From assembly GCA_036270955.1 (NCBI GenBank), contig DATBBM010000142.1, positions 1,440 to 65,439 of the forward strand: DNA of 64,000 nt, in the 5' to 3' direction. Position numbers and translations under genes: made by a program. The stretch comes from Casimicrobiaceae bacterium (GTDB taxonomy: Bacteria; Pseudomonadota; Gammaproteobacteria; Burkholderiales; Casimicrobiaceae). Below are positions 36,659-46,572 of this stretch, piece after piece. The notes under the pieces are model-generated. The model worked only from the letters and a program-made list of their open reading frames with translations. It did no database searches and had not been told where the DNA came from. Every line of letters begins with the position of its first letter. Within the stretch, counting starts at the first letter, position 1.

Positions 36659-38049
36659 TGCACACCAGTTTTGCGCTGTGGGCGCTCGTCGCCGGCGTCC
36701 TGCTGATCGCGATGGCGTTCATCGGCACCTGGGTCGAACGCATGCCGCTCAGTCCGGCGATGCTATACCTCGGCGCGGGCTTCGCACTGGGACCCAGCGG
36801 CGTCGGCATGCTGCTGCCCGATCCGAAAGCCTATTCGCCGCTGCTCGAACGGCTCGCCGAAACCGCGGTCTTGATTTCCGTTTTCGTCACGGCGCTGCGT
36901 ATCAGCGTGCCGCTCAAGGACAGGCGCTGGCGGTTGCCGATCAGCCTTGCGACCGTCGCGATGGTCGCGACCATCGGGCTGGTTGCCGCAGTCGGCGTCG
37001 CGTGGCTGGCGCTGCCGCTGGGCGCTGCGATATTGCTGGGTGCGATCCTGGCGCCTACCGACCCGGTTCTCGCGTCGGACGTGCAACTCGATGATCCGCG
37101 CGATCGCGATTTGTTGCGCTTTAGCTTGAGCGGCGAGGCGGGACTGAACGATGGCGCTGCGTTGCCGCTGGTCCTTCTGGGCATGGGATTGCTCGGCCTG
37201 CACGAGCTTGGCGCCGTCGGCGGCCAATGGCTGCTGGTCGACGTGCTGTGGGGTGTGGGCGGCGGGCTGGCGATCGGCTGGCTGCTCGGCGCGTGGGTCA
37301 GCACGCTGATCCTGCATTTGCGCACGCGCCACGGACACGCGATCGGGCTGAACGAATTTCTGGCGCTGGGCCTGATCGCCCTGGTCTACGGCATCGCCTT
37401 GCTGGCGCATGCGTCCGGATTCCTCGCGGTCTTCGCCGCCGGTCTCGCGCTGCCGCGGATGAGACCGATGCGCGAGACCGACTCCCGCCCGCGCTTGCCG
37501 GTCGCGATGACACCGGGCGCCGGCGCGGAGATCGAAATAGGCGAGGTCTCCGCGCCGGCCAACGAGACGCACCCGGTCAAGGCCCCGGCGCACATGGCGC
37601 AGGCGGTGCTGAGCTTCGACGAGCAGCTGGAACGCTTCGCCGAGATCGCGATGGTGCTGGCCGTCGGCGCGATGTTCTCGTACGCCGTGATTCCACCAAG
37701 CGCGCTCTGGTTCGTGCCGCTGCTGCTTCTGGTGATCCGGCCCGTCAGCATATTGATCGCCGGCGCGCCCGCGATGTCTTCACGAGCGCAGCTGCCGCTG
37801 ATCGCATGGTTCGGCATACGCGGCATCGGCTCGGTCTACTATCTGCTGTACGCGGTGAACCGGGGCCTGCCCGACACGGTGGCGCCGACGGTCATCGGCC
37901 TGACCCTGGTCACTGTCGTGACATCGATCGTCGTGCATGGCGTCTCGATTCCGCCGCTGATGAGCCGCTACCGCCGTCGCAAGGCCGGCGCGCGTGCAGG
38001 GACCGGACAAGACGGCCGGCATCGCCGGCGCAAACGCGCCGCGCAATAA
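36658..38049 (+). CDS. Cation:proton antiporter (CPA1, Na+/H+ exchanger family)
   Basis: Multi-TM protein with ILAPTDPV and EAGLNDG motifs. The start overlaps the frmA stop (TGATG). Confidence 0.85.
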   Translation: MHTSFALWALVAGVLLIAMAFIGTWVERMPLSPAMLYLGAGFALGPSGVGMLLPDPKAYSPLLERLAETAVLISVFVTALRISVPLKDRRWRLPISLATVAMVATIGLVAAVGVAWLALPLGAAILLGAILAPTDPVLASDVQLDDPRDRDLLRFSLSGEAGLNDGAALPLVLLGMGLLGLHELGAVGGQWLLVDVLWGVGGGLAIGWLLGAWVSTLILHLRTRHGHAIGLNEFLALGLIALVYGIALLAHASGFLAVFAAGLALPRMRPMRETDSRPRLPVAMTPGAGAEIEIGEVSAPANETHPVKAPAHMAQAVLSFDEQLERFAEIAMVLAVGAMFSYAVIPPSALWFVPLLLLVIRPVSILIAGAPAMSSRAQLPLIAWFGIRGIGSVYYLLYAVNRGLPDTVAPTVIGLTLVTVVTSIVVHGVSIPPLMSRYRRRKAGARAGTGQDGRHRRRKRAAQ

Positions 38050-38267
38050 ACGCCCGCTCGTCGGGCACGCAGACCGCGTGCCGCTTTTGGGCGTTATGAT
38101 TCGCCTTTACGTCGTCGCGTACCAACGAGGGGTTGCGCGATAGCCGCGGCGCCGTCTTTTCCGCGACGGCTGCGATAGGTCCCGGTTGCATCCGGGTTCG
38201 CAAAAGAGAATAATCAGAAAAAAATGACAATGTCATGATCTGAAAGACTGATTCCGAAGGAGAATTC

Positions 38268-38927
38268 ATGCTCAATTTCAATCGCCGCGACAACCCTGCC
38301 GACGCCAAGGACGCAAAATCCGGGCTCAAGCCTGCGCTGTACGATCCGCCGACCTCGCATACTCGCGGCGCTTCCACCGGGACGCCGCCCCGCCAGCAGG
38401 CCCAGGCGGCCGCGGCGACGCGCGAGATGCCACCGGCGCCCGCGCCGACACTGACCGACGCGATCACCCCGGCTGCACCGACACGCGCGGCAGCCGCGCC
38501 CGCAGGTGCCAGCGGCGAGACTGCGGGAAGCAAGTTGTTCATCGGCGTCAACATCAAGCTGAAGGGCGTCGAGATTTCCGATTGCGACGTGCTGGTCATC
38601 GAGGGTCATGTCGAGGCGACCGTCCGCAGCAAGGCGATGCAGATCGACAAACCGGGAACCTTGAAAGGGACGGCGTTGATCGACGTGGCCGAAGTCCACG
38701 GCGATTTTTCCGGCGAGCTGACCGCGCGCACCCGGCTGGTCGTGCACGGAACCGGCCGCGTGTCGGGCAAGATACGGTACGGCAAGCTGATCGTCGCCGA
38801 GGGCGGCGAGTTGAGCGGAGACGTCAAGCGCATCGACGAATCCGAAGAGCAGGTCATGCCTGCGCGTGCGCCGGGACGCGATCCGCGAGACATCCTGGGC
38901 TCGACCAACGCGATGGGATCGGCCTGA
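38268..38927 (+). CDS. Bactofilin family cytoskeletal protein with a long Pro/Ala-rich N-terminus
   Basis: AAGGAGA RBS. The core has the repetitive beta-helix pattern (I.G.V.G.V....) of DUF583/bactofilin. Confidence 0.75.
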   Translation: MLNFNRRDNPADAKDAKSGLKPALYDPPTSHTRGASTGTPPRQQAQAAAATREMPPAPAPTLTDAITPAAPTRAAAAPAGASGETAGSKLFIGVNIKLKGVEISDCDVLVIEGHVEATVRSKAMQIDKPGTLKGTALIDVAEVHGDFSGELTARTRLVVHGTGRVSGKIRYGKLIVAEGGELSGDVKRIDESEEQVMPARAPGRDPRDILGSTNAMGSA

Positions 38928-38988
38928 CGCGGGTCGCGCTAACGCGTCGGCCTGCCGCAGGCAGCGCTGGCGCAGCGGTCGCTCGCGA

Positions 38989-39795
38989 CTAAGGCAGCCC
39001 GGGCAACTGAGGCAACAGGTCGATCGACGCGTCGAGCAGCGCCTTGCGGATGCGCATCGTGTGCGTTCCGGGCCAGTAGATACGGCCGCAAAGGGTGCAA
39101 CGGGCGAATTTATCGTGTCGCTCGCGAACTCGCGCCGGCACGAGGCTCGTTACGCTGCGCCGGGCGAGCGTGCGCAGCTTGCCGTTGCACACCGCGCAGC
39201 GCGTGAATGGCCGGGCACTGCCGGCCAGATCGAACGCGACCAGCGTCTCGCGCAGCTGCTCGAGCGGCCGCGTGTGACGGATCCATCGCCCCCGCGTGAC
39301 GGCGGCGTGCTTGAGCAGACCCTTGTCCCTGGTCAGAATGACGCGCGACTGGTCGTGTGCCAGACGCACGATCTCGTGATCGTCGTAGTCGTTGCGATAA
39401 AGGGTATCGAAGCCGAGCAGCCGAAGATATCGGGCCAGCGTGCCCAGATGCACGTCGAGCACGAATCGCGTGCGCCGCAGCGGCCGCGGCCGCAGACGCG
39501 TCAACGGCGTCACATCGAAGCGCTCGAACACCGGGTATACGGCGACCCGGTTGCCGTCGTGCAGCCGCCGGGCAAAGTCGACCGACTCGCCGTCGATCAG
39601 CACCAGGTCGATCTCGGCGTGCGGCACGCCGATCGCTTCGATGACGTCCTTGACCGCGGGGGTACCGTTGAAGGCGTGACTGAACGTGCGCTTGCGCAGC
39701 TCGGGGCGCAGGAAATCGTTCAGCTCTTCGTAGAAGCGAAAGTCGGCCACCGACCGTGCCGGCCGGGCCTTTGCGCTACGGTGCCCGGAAGGCAT
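38989..39795 (-). CDS. Mut7-C (DUF82) PIN-like RNase domain protein with N-terminal ubiquitin-like domain
   Basis: FRFYEELNDFL marks the N-terminal beta-grasp. FVLDVHLGTLARYLRLLGFD is the PIN-like core, followed by a C..C....C..C zinc ribbon. The start is ambiguous (39750, 39795 or 39831). Confidence 0.75.
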   Translation of the reverse strand: MPSGHRSAKARPARSVADFRFYEELNDFLRPELRKRTFSHAFNGTPAVKDVIEAIGVPHAEIDLVLIDGESVDFARRLHDGNRVAVYPVFERFDVTPLTRLRPRPLRRTRFVLDVHLGTLARYLRLLGFDTLYRNDYDDHEIVRLAHDQSRVILTRDKGLLKHAAVTRGRWIRHTRPLEQLRETLVAFDLAGSARPFTRCAVCNGKLRTLARRSVTSLVPARVRERHDKFARCTLCGRIYWPGTHTMRIRKALLDASIDLLPQLPGLP

Positions 39796-39833
39796 TCTCG
39801 AGCAGCTTGCGGTCGACGCGGCGTGGCGCACCG

Positions 39834-41675
39834 TCAGGCGCCGCGCGCCACCAGCTCGACCAGCGCCGGCCCGTAGCGTTCCAGCTTTTTCGCGCCGATG
39901 CCGGCAATCCCGGCGATCGCCGCGATGCCGTCCGGACGCTGGCGGGCGATCTCCGCCAGCGTCCGGTCGTGCAGGATGACGAACGCCGGAACCGCCTGAG
40001 CGCGAGCCTCGGCGAGCCGCCAGGCCTTGAGCCGATCGAGCAGCGCGTTCTCGGCCGCGGTCAGCGTCGCGTCCAAGCTACCGGTTCGACGCCGGCCTCG
40101 TACGCGCCCTCGCGGCAGCGCGCGCCGCAGCGCGATCCGGCGCTCGCCCTTGAGCACGGGACGGCTGGCAGCATTGAGCCGCAGCGCCCCGTGCGCTTCG
40201 TGGTCGACGCTCGCCAAGCCGAGCGCGACCAGTTGCCGGAACACGTTGCGCCATGCGACCTCGTCGATATCGGCGCCGATGCCGAAGACCGAGAGCTGAT
40301 CGTGTCCCCAGCGCTGCACGCGCTCGCCCGGCTTGCCGCGCAGCACGTCGATCAGATGCAGCGCGCCGAAGCGCTGGCCGGTGCGATAGATCGCCGACAA
40401 CGCTTTTTGCGCTTCGGAGGTGGCATCGTAGGTTTCGGGCGGCGCGAGGCAAGTGTCGCAATTGCCGCAGGGAGCGCTGGTCTCGCCGAAGTAATCGAGC
40501 AACCGCACACGGCGACAGCCCGCCGTTTCGCACAAACCGAGCAAGGCATCGAGCTTGGCGGCGCTGACGCGTTTGTAATCTTCGGTCGCGTCCGAGGCCT
40601 CGATCAGGCGCCTCTGCTGGACGACATCGGACAAGCCGTACGCCATCCATGCATCAGCCGGAGCGCCATCACGCCCGGCGCGTCCGGTTTCCTGGTAATA
40701 CGCCTCGACGCTCTTCGGCAGGTCGAGATGGGCGACGAAGCGCACATCCGGTTTGTCGATGCCCATGCCGAAGGCGATCGTCGCGACCATCACCAGACCC
40801 TCTTCGCGCTGAAATCGCGCCTGGTTTTCGCTGCGCGTCGCGTTGTCCATGCCGGCGTGATAGGGCAGGGCGTCGACGCCTTTGGAGGAAAGCCATGCGG
40901 CGGTCTCGTCGACCTTGCGCCGCGACAGGCAATAGACGATCCCGGCCTCGCCCGGATGCTCGTCGGCAATGAAGCGAAACAGCTGCGCGCGGCCGTCGTC
41001 CTTGTCGACGATCGTGTAGCGGATGTTCGGACGATCGAAGCTCGATACGAAGACGCGCGCCGCCGCGAGGTCCAGGCGCGTCACGATCTCGGCGCGAGTC
41101 TGCGGATCGGCGGTGGCCGTCAAAGCGATTCTGGGTACGCGCGGATAACGCTGATGCAGCACCGACAGCGCCAGGTATTCGGGTCGGAAATCGTGCCCCC
41201 ATTGCGACACGCAGTGGGCTTCGTCGATCGCGAACAGCGCCACCTCGGCCCGATCGATCAGGTCGAGGCAACGCGGCATCGTCAGACGCTCCGGCGAGAC
41301 GTACAGCAGATCGAGCTCGCCGGCCGCCAGCGCACGTTCGGTCGCGCGCGCGGTCTCGGCGCTCTGGGTCGAATTCAGGAATGCGGCGCGCACACCCACC
41401 TGCAGAAGAGCGGCGACCTGGTCCTGCATCAGCGCAATCAACGGCGACACGACTATCCCCGTTCCCGGCCGCACCAGCGACGGAATCTGATAGCAGAGCG
41501 ACTTGCCGCCACCGGTCGGCATCAGGACCAGCGCGTCGCCGCCCGCGATGAGATGGTCGACGACCTCACCCTGTCCGGTGCGGAAGCTCGCGTAGCCGAA
41601 GGTTCGGCGCAACAGCTCGCGCGCGACGCCCGCATCCGCGGCGACCCGATCGTCGATGCTTGCCTTATGGCCCAT
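39834..41675 (-). CDS. recQ: ATP-dependent DNA helicase RecQ
   Basis: [29 protein letters not shown], the RQC zinc motif CGNCDTC and a C-terminal HRDC region. Confidence 0.95.
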   Translation of the reverse strand: MGHKASIDDRVAADAGVARELLRRTFGYASFRTGQGEVVDHLIAGGDALVLMPTGGGKSLCYQIPSLVRPGTGIVVSPLIALMQDQVAALLQVGVRAAFLNSTQSAETARATERALAAGELDLLYVSPERLTMPRCLDLIDRAEVALFAIDEAHCVSQWGHDFRPEYLALSVLHQRYPRVPRIALTATADPQTRAEIVTRLDLAAARVFVSSFDRPNIRYTIVDKDDGRAQLFRFIADEHPGEAGIVYCLSRRKVDETAAWLSSKGVDALPYHAGMDNATRSENQARFQREEGLVMVATIAFGMGIDKPDVRFVAHLDLPKSVEAYYQETGRAGRDGAPADAWMAYGLSDVVQQRRLIEASDATEDYKRVSAAKLDALLGLCETAGCRRVRLLDYFGETSAPCGNCDTCLAPPETYDATSEAQKALSAIYRTGQRFGALHLIDVLRGKPGERVQRWGHDQLSVFGIGADIDEVAWRNVFRQLVALGLASVDHEAHGALRLNAASRPVLKGERRIALRRALPRGRVRGRRRTGSLDATLTAAENALLDRLKAWRLAEARAQAVPAFVILHDRTLAEIARQRPDGIAAIAGIAGIGAKKLERYGPALVELVARGA

Positions 41676-41916
41676 CAGGAGAGAGATTGCAGCGACATGC
41701 TCGTAGGTCGCGATTGTAGTCGATGATGTCGCGACAAATTCGGCGCATTCGGCCGAATCCTACGTGCGATCGCGTCCATTCCTACGCGGGAAGGGCAACG
41801 CAGCCGACTCGGCCGCCTGCCGACGGCGGCTGGCGGAACAATCGCCTCTCCGCGCGGTTCCAAGTTCCACGCGCACCGGACAACCGCCGCTGCGTTATCG
41901 TAAAAGGAGATTCATC

Positions 41917-42117
41917 ATGGCCAGATATGGCAAGAAGGCTCAGAGCAAGGTCGAGAAGACGATGCGGGAGCGCAAGCACGGAACCCTGCGCAGCGGACGA
42001 TCCGGCAAGAAGGTGACCAGCCGCAAGCAGGCGATTGCGATCGGCTTGTCGGAGGCGCGCAAGGCCGGCGCCAAGGTGCCGAAGCGGAGATCGTCTTCGT
42101 CGTCGAGGGGATCGTAG
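41917..42117 (+). CDS. DUF6496-like small basic protein
   Basis: AGGAGA RBS. GKKVTSRKQAIAIGLSEARKAGAKVP resembles DUF6496 from memory. Confidence 0.65.
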   Translation: MARYGKKAQSKVEKTMRERKHGTLRSGRSGKKVTSRKQAIAIGLSEARKAGAKVPKRRSSSSSRGS

Positions 42118-42195
42118 CGATTGCTACGCACCGGCCGGCGGGTTCAGCGGAGCCCCCGGCCGGCAATCGAGTACTACTGCAGCTCGGAAGCTGCC

Positions 42196-43095
42196 TCAGG
42201 CCGGGCGGCGCTCGACGTCGTCCCACCGCCCGAGCGTTGCGGCGGCTTGGTAGGTTCTTTGCAGGAAATCCAGCACCAGCGCATCGGGCGAGGGCGCCGC
42301 TCGCACCTTGTCGTACGGCAGGATGAATTCACGCAAGTCGCGGTGGTAATACGCGCCCGGGCCCGCCTCCACATTGCTGAATCCTTCGGGCTCAGGATAC
42401 GCATACGCGTAGAACGCCGCTTCGGGCAGCGCTTCGTTGCCCGGCCAGAACCCGCAACTACTCACTTCGTGCGAGTAGGCCTCGCGCGCGACGCGGTCGG
42501 GGAGGTGGGGCACGCCCCCCGGGTGCTCGGGGGCCGGACGCCCGGAAAAACGCGTCACCGCGAGGTCGAAGCCGCCCCAGAAAAAGTGAACGGGGCTGCA
42601 TTTGCCGTTGAAGCCGGCGCGGAATTGCTTGAGCAGGCGATCGGCCTGCAGCAGCGCGGAAAAAAATCGGCGGACGGCGTCCGCGTCGTACGAGCGGTGC
42701 TTTTGATCCTTTTCGAACGGGATCGCTTCTTCCTGCTCGTTTGGCGTGGTGTTGATTGCGACCCTCAGATCCAGCTCGGCCAGCTGCGCCATCAGCGCCT
42801 GGTAGAAGTCCGCGACCGTGCGCGGCTCCAGCCGCAGGGTTCGACGCTCGCCTTCGCCGGTCAGGATGACCAGCTGGTGGTCGATGAAGTCGAAGTCGAT
42901 CTGGAAGACGCGCTCGCCGTGCCGGATCGGCGAAGTCGACAGGCCGCGCGCGGTCACGTAGTAGACGACGTGCCAGGAGTGATTGACCCACGGCGTCTGC
43001 ACCAGGCGGATCTTTCCGACGATTTGCGTCCACAGCAGCAGCGTCGCATACGTGTCCTTCCACGCCGCGTAGGAAAGGCTGGGCCAGGCGTCCAT
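42196..43095 (-). CDS. DUF5996-like protein
   Basis: WPSLSYAAWKDTYATLLLWTQIVGKIRL...NHSWHV resembles the DUF5996 family from memory. Confidence 0.75.
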   Translation of the reverse strand: MDAWPSLSYAAWKDTYATLLLWTQIVGKIRLVQTPWVNHSWHVVYYVTARGLSTSPIRHGERVFQIDFDFIDHQLVILTGEGERRTLRLEPRTVADFYQALMAQLAELDLRVAINTTPNEQEEAIPFEKDQKHRSYDADAVRRFFSALLQADRLLKQFRAGFNGKCSPVHFFWGGFDLAVTRFSGRPAPEHPGGVPHLPDRVAREAYSHEVSSCGFWPGNEALPEAAFYAYAYPEPEGFSNVEAGPGAYYHRDLREFILPYDKVRAAPSPDALVLDFLQRTYQAAATLGRWDDVERRPA

Positions 43096-43105
43096 CGCGA
43101 GGCGG

Positions 43106-44569
43106 CTAGCGGGCGGCGTGCGCCGCAAGCACGTACGCGACGCAGGCGGTCAGCTTGCTCGCGTAGGGCACGTGCAGGAATTCGTTCGGCCCGTGCGCGT
43201 TGGAGTGCGGGCCCAGCACACCGGTGATCAGAAATTGCGCGGCAGGAAAGTGCTTGCCGAGCATCGCCATGAAGGGAATCGTTCCGCCTTCTCCCATCGC
43301 CGCCGAGGGCTTGCCATAGAAGTGCGACGAGGCTTCGTCGATCGCGCGCGAAAGCCAGGCATCGGTCGGCGGCGCATTCCATCCGGTGGCGCCGGATTCG
43401 CCGGTAAAGCGCACCGTTGCGCCATACGGCGGATCGGCTTCGAGCAGCCGCTGCATCGCGCGCTCGGCCGCGCCGCCATCGACGGTCGGAGGCAGCCGCA
43501 GCGAAAGCTTCAGCGCCGTTCGAGGCCGCAACACATTGCCACCGTCGGCGATCGACGGCAGGCCATCGGCGCCGGTGATCGATAGCGCAGGCCGCCATGT
43601 CCGGTTGAGCAGCGCTTCTGCGCGGTCGCTGATCATCGGCTGGGTCCCGCCGGCGAACGGATACTTGTCGATCACGATGTCGCCGAGGACCTCGGCCGCT
43701 CGCTTGGCCTGCTCGGCGCGCTCGGCGGGGACGGGTGCGTGAAATTCCGACGGCAGCACGCGCCCGGTCGACGCATCCTCGATGCGGTCGAGAAGCTTGC
43801 GCGCAATGCGAAACGACGAAGGCACGATGCCGCTGGCGTCTCCCGAATGCACACCCTCGGTCAGAACGTCGACGCTCAGCGTGCCGCCGGCCAGTCCACG
43901 CAGCGACGTCGTCGCCCACAGGCGTTCGTAGTCCCCGCAGCCGGAGTCGAGGCCGACGACGAAATCGACCTTGCCCATGCGCGGCGCCAGCGCCTCGAGA
44001 TAGGCGGGCAGGTCGTAGCTGCCGCTCTCCTCGCAGGTTTCGATCATGCCCGCGCACCGTGAATGCGCGATGCCCTGCGCCTGCAGCGCGCCGATCGCGG
44101 ACAGCGCGGCGAAGGTCGCATAACCATCGTCGGCGCTGCCGCGGCCATAGAGCTTGCCGTCCTCGTACAGCGGATCCCACGGCCCGTAGCCTTGACGCCA
44201 GCCGCTCATCTCCGGTTGCTTGTCCAGGTGGCCGTAGAGCAGCACCGTGCGGTCTCCTGTCCCCACAACGTCGAAATACAGCAGCGGCGTACGGCCCGGC
44301 AGGCGGATGATCTCGACGGTAAGTCCCCGCACCGGCTGCTTCTTCACCCACGCGTGTGCGAGTCCTATGACGCGCTCGATGTGGCCATGATTTTCCCATT
44401 GCGGGTCGAAGTGCGGCGATTTCGCCGGAATGCGGATGTAATCGGTCAGCTGCGGGACGATCTCCTTGTCCCATTGCGCGCGGATTGCCGAAAGAAGCGT
44501 CGAATAGTTCACTATGTCGGTTTCCGATAGGTGGGCTCGCCGCCCGATTCGGCGATCGATTCGAGCCAA
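43106..44569 (-). CDS. M20 family metallopeptidase (dipeptidase/ArgE/DapE-like)
   Basis: LLYGHLDKQP and GRGSADDG metal-ligand motifs. The start is uncertain (TTG at 44569 or GTG at 44512). Confidence 0.85.
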   Translation of the reverse strand: MARIDRRIGRRAHLSETDIVNYSTLLSAIRAQWDKEIVPQLTDYIRIPAKSPHFDPQWENHGHIERVIGLAHAWVKKQPVRGLTVEIIRLPGRTPLLYFDVVGTGDRTVLLYGHLDKQPEMSGWRQGYGPWDPLYEDGKLYGRGSADDGYATFAALSAIGALQAQGIAHSRCAGMIETCEESGSYDLPAYLEALAPRMGKVDFVVGLDSGCGDYERLWATTSLRGLAGGTLSVDVLTEGVHSGDASGIVPSSFRIARKLLDRIEDASTGRVLPSEFHAPVPAERAEQAKRAAEVLGDIVIDKYPFAGGTQPMISDRAEALLNRTWRPALSITGADGLPSIADGGNVLRPRTALKLSLRLPPTVDGGAAERAMQRLLEADPPYGATVRFTGESGATGWNAPPTDAWLSRAIDEASSHFYGKPSAAMGEGGTIPFMAMLGKHFPAAQFLITGVLGPHSNAHGPNEFLHVPYASKLTACVAYVLAAHAAR

Positions 44570-44577
44570 CGAGTTGA

Positions 44578-45357
44578 CTAACGAGGTTTGACGAAGCGCA
44601 GCGCGAATTTGTCGGTTGGAATTGCCGAGCCGGTCGACGTCTGATCGCGCGGATCGGCGGGATTGCGCAGGAAGTTGCCCTCGGCCTCGAGCACGAATCC
44701 GGCCTGGCGCACTTCGGCCAGCACGACCCCTTCATCGATCCGATGCAGGCTCCTGCCTTCGGAGATCCCCGTGCCGCTGCGTCCGGAGTGATCGATGATC
44801 ACATAGTGGCCGCCCGGTTTCAGCGCGGCAAACAACTGCCGATTCATGCGCGCGCGATCGACCGGCAGGTAGCTGATGTCGTGGTAGTTGAGGACCAGCG
44901 TGACGAGATCCAGCTTCGGCGCTTGCGCGGGCACCGGATCCTCGAACGGGCGCTCGACGGGAATCAGGTTCGCCTGCGGATGATCGGCCAGCCGCTTGGC
45001 GAGCCCGGGTCCGGGCTGCGGTGTCTGCGCAAAGACGACGCCGGTCGGTCCCACAGCCAGTGCAAGCAGCTGCGAGGTGTAGCCGCCGCCGGCCGATACG
45101 TCCAGCACCTGCATGCCGGGGCGAACCTGCGTGAACGGAAGAAATTCCGCCGGGTGCCGCGCCGAGTCGGTCCGCCGATCCTGATCGGTGCGGACCGGGC
45201 TCGCGATTACCTGTTTATACGTTTCGACCATTGCGCGATCGTCGGCCGACGGCATGCTGGTGCATGCTTCGAGCGCCGCGACCGCGACGAGCACGACAAG
45301 CGCAGTTGTCAGGCCTCGTGCAACTGCGGTATGAATCTTCGCGACGTACGCTGGCAT
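44578..45357 (-). CDS. Class I SAM-dependent methyltransferase with lipoprotein-type signal sequence
   Basis: VAALEAC lipobox-like sequence, VLDVSAGGGYTS motif I and LKPGGHYVIIDH. Confidence 0.8.
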   Translation of the reverse strand: MPAYVAKIHTAVARGLTTALVVLVAVAALEACTSMPSADDRAMVETYKQVIASPVRTDQDRRTDSARHPAEFLPFTQVRPGMQVLDVSAGGGYTSQLLALAVGPTGVVFAQTPQPGPGLAKRLADHPQANLIPVERPFEDPVPAQAPKLDLVTLVLNYHDISYLPVDRARMNRQLFAALKPGGHYVIIDHSGRSGTGISEGRSLHRIDEGVVLAEVRQAGFVLEAEGNFLRNPADPRDQTSTGSAIPTDKFALRFVKPR

Positions 45358-45480
45358 TGTCGTGGGCTCCTGTCGGCCGGCGCAACTGATCGATCCATGG
45401 GCGCGGCGGTTGAATTGCATGGCGAACTGGCTCATAGTTTACTGCACTTCTTTGCCTACGTTTCCCTATCGGAGATCCGG

Positions 45481-46176
45481 ATGAACGACAGTCTTTCCGC
45501 GCCGGCCACTGTCCAGGTCAGCAAGAACGGGCCTTACCGAGTCTCCGGCAACCTGCCTCTGGGCGAGGAGATCATCGGGTCCGACGCGGACGGCAATTCA
45601 GTAGCGTGGCAGCACGGAAGAAAGTTTCCGCTCCAGCAGCAATACGCACTCTGCCGCTGCGGTCACAGCGCGCACAAGCCATTCTGCGACGGCACGCACG
45701 CGAAGGTCGGCTTCGACGGCACCGAAACCGCGAGCCGCGCGCCGTACCGCGAGCAGGCCAAGGTCATCCGGGGGCCGGCGATGACGCTGACCGACGCAGA
45801 AAGCCTGTGCGCGTTCGGGCGCTTTTGCGATCCGAACGGCTCGGTGTGGAACCTGGTGAACGACCCGGACCGGACGTCTCACGAGCATTTCGTGCGGCAG
45901 ACCTGCAACTGCCCGTCGGGACGCCTGGTCGCCTGGGACAATGCCACCGGCCAAAGGCTGGAGCCGAAGTACGAACCGTCGATCAGCCTGGTGCAGGATC
46001 CTGCCAAGGAATGTTCGGGGCCGCTGTGGCTTCGCGGCGGCGTGCAGCTGATCGCTGCCGATGGACACCACTACGAAGTACGCAACCGGATGACGCTTTG
46101 TCGCTGCGGCGCGTCGAAGAACAAGCCTTTTTGCGACGGTGCGCACGCCTCGATCGGATTCAGCGACCAGCGCTGA
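45481..46176 (+). CDS. CDGSH-type iron-sulfur domain protein (two CDGSH motifs)
   Basis: CRCGHSAHKPFCDGTH and CRCGASKNKPFCDGAH. Confidence 0.85.
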   Translation: MNDSLSAPATVQVSKNGPYRVSGNLPLGEEIIGSDADGNSVAWQHGRKFPLQQQYALCRCGHSAHKPFCDGTHAKVGFDGTETASRAPYREQAKVIRGPAMTLTDAESLCAFGRFCDPNGSVWNLVNDPDRTSHEHFVRQTCNCPSGRLVAWDNATGQRLEPKYEPSISLVQDPAKECSGPLWLRGGVQLIAADGHHYEVRNRMTLCRCGASKNKPFCDGAHASIGFSDQR

Positions 46177-46245
46177 ACTTGCCGGATCGTAGGTTCGGCC
46201 AAAACCAAAAATCCAATCAGCCGGAAGGTCGTCGCGAGGCCGAAG

Positions 46246-46527
46246 ATGATGTTTCGCATACTTTGGGGGGTCGATGTCGTCGCGGCGCTGATCGCGCTGG
46301 CATTCTTTGCCATCGGCATCGACGATGGGACGGTCTCCTCCTTCAACATCATGTTGTGGATCGCGCTGCTGGCTGGATTGGCTGTGATCGTGTTCGGTAG
46401 CAATGCGCTCCAGGTCAAGGGCCAGAAGGGCCTGGCGTTCATACTCGCCGCGGTGCTCGCCGTGCCCGCGATTCTCGCCTGCCTGTTTTTCGCCTCGCTG
46501 CTGGTCATCGGCGTTCGGTGGAATTGA
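46246..46527 (+). CDS. Small membrane protein (three predicted TM segments)
   Basis: GAGG RBS, a hydrophobic profile and GC-rich third codon positions. Confidence 0.5.
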   Translation: MMFRILWGVDVVAALIALAFFAIGIDDGTVSSFNIMLWIALLAGLAVIVFGSNALQVKGQKGLAFILAAVLAVPAILACLFFASLLVIGVRWN

Positions 46528-46572
46528 ACAGCCGCCTGCCGCGCGTCTGAATGTCAATCCGCGGAGCCCATC

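Noticed and set aside
39756-41726. 656-aa ORF antisense to recQ
   Set aside because: recQ is unambiguous on the other strand, and the antisense product has no motifs.
42131-42165. Imperfect GC-rich hairpin between the convergent DUF6496 and DUF5996 genes as a bidirectional terminator
   Set aside because: The stem contains a bulge and there is no U-tract on either strand, so the evidence is insufficient.
42954-44735. 593-aa minus-strand ORF overlapping the M20 peptidase in another frame
   Set aside because: It is Arg/Ala-rich and low-complexity. The alternative frame carries the clear M20 metal-ligand motifs.
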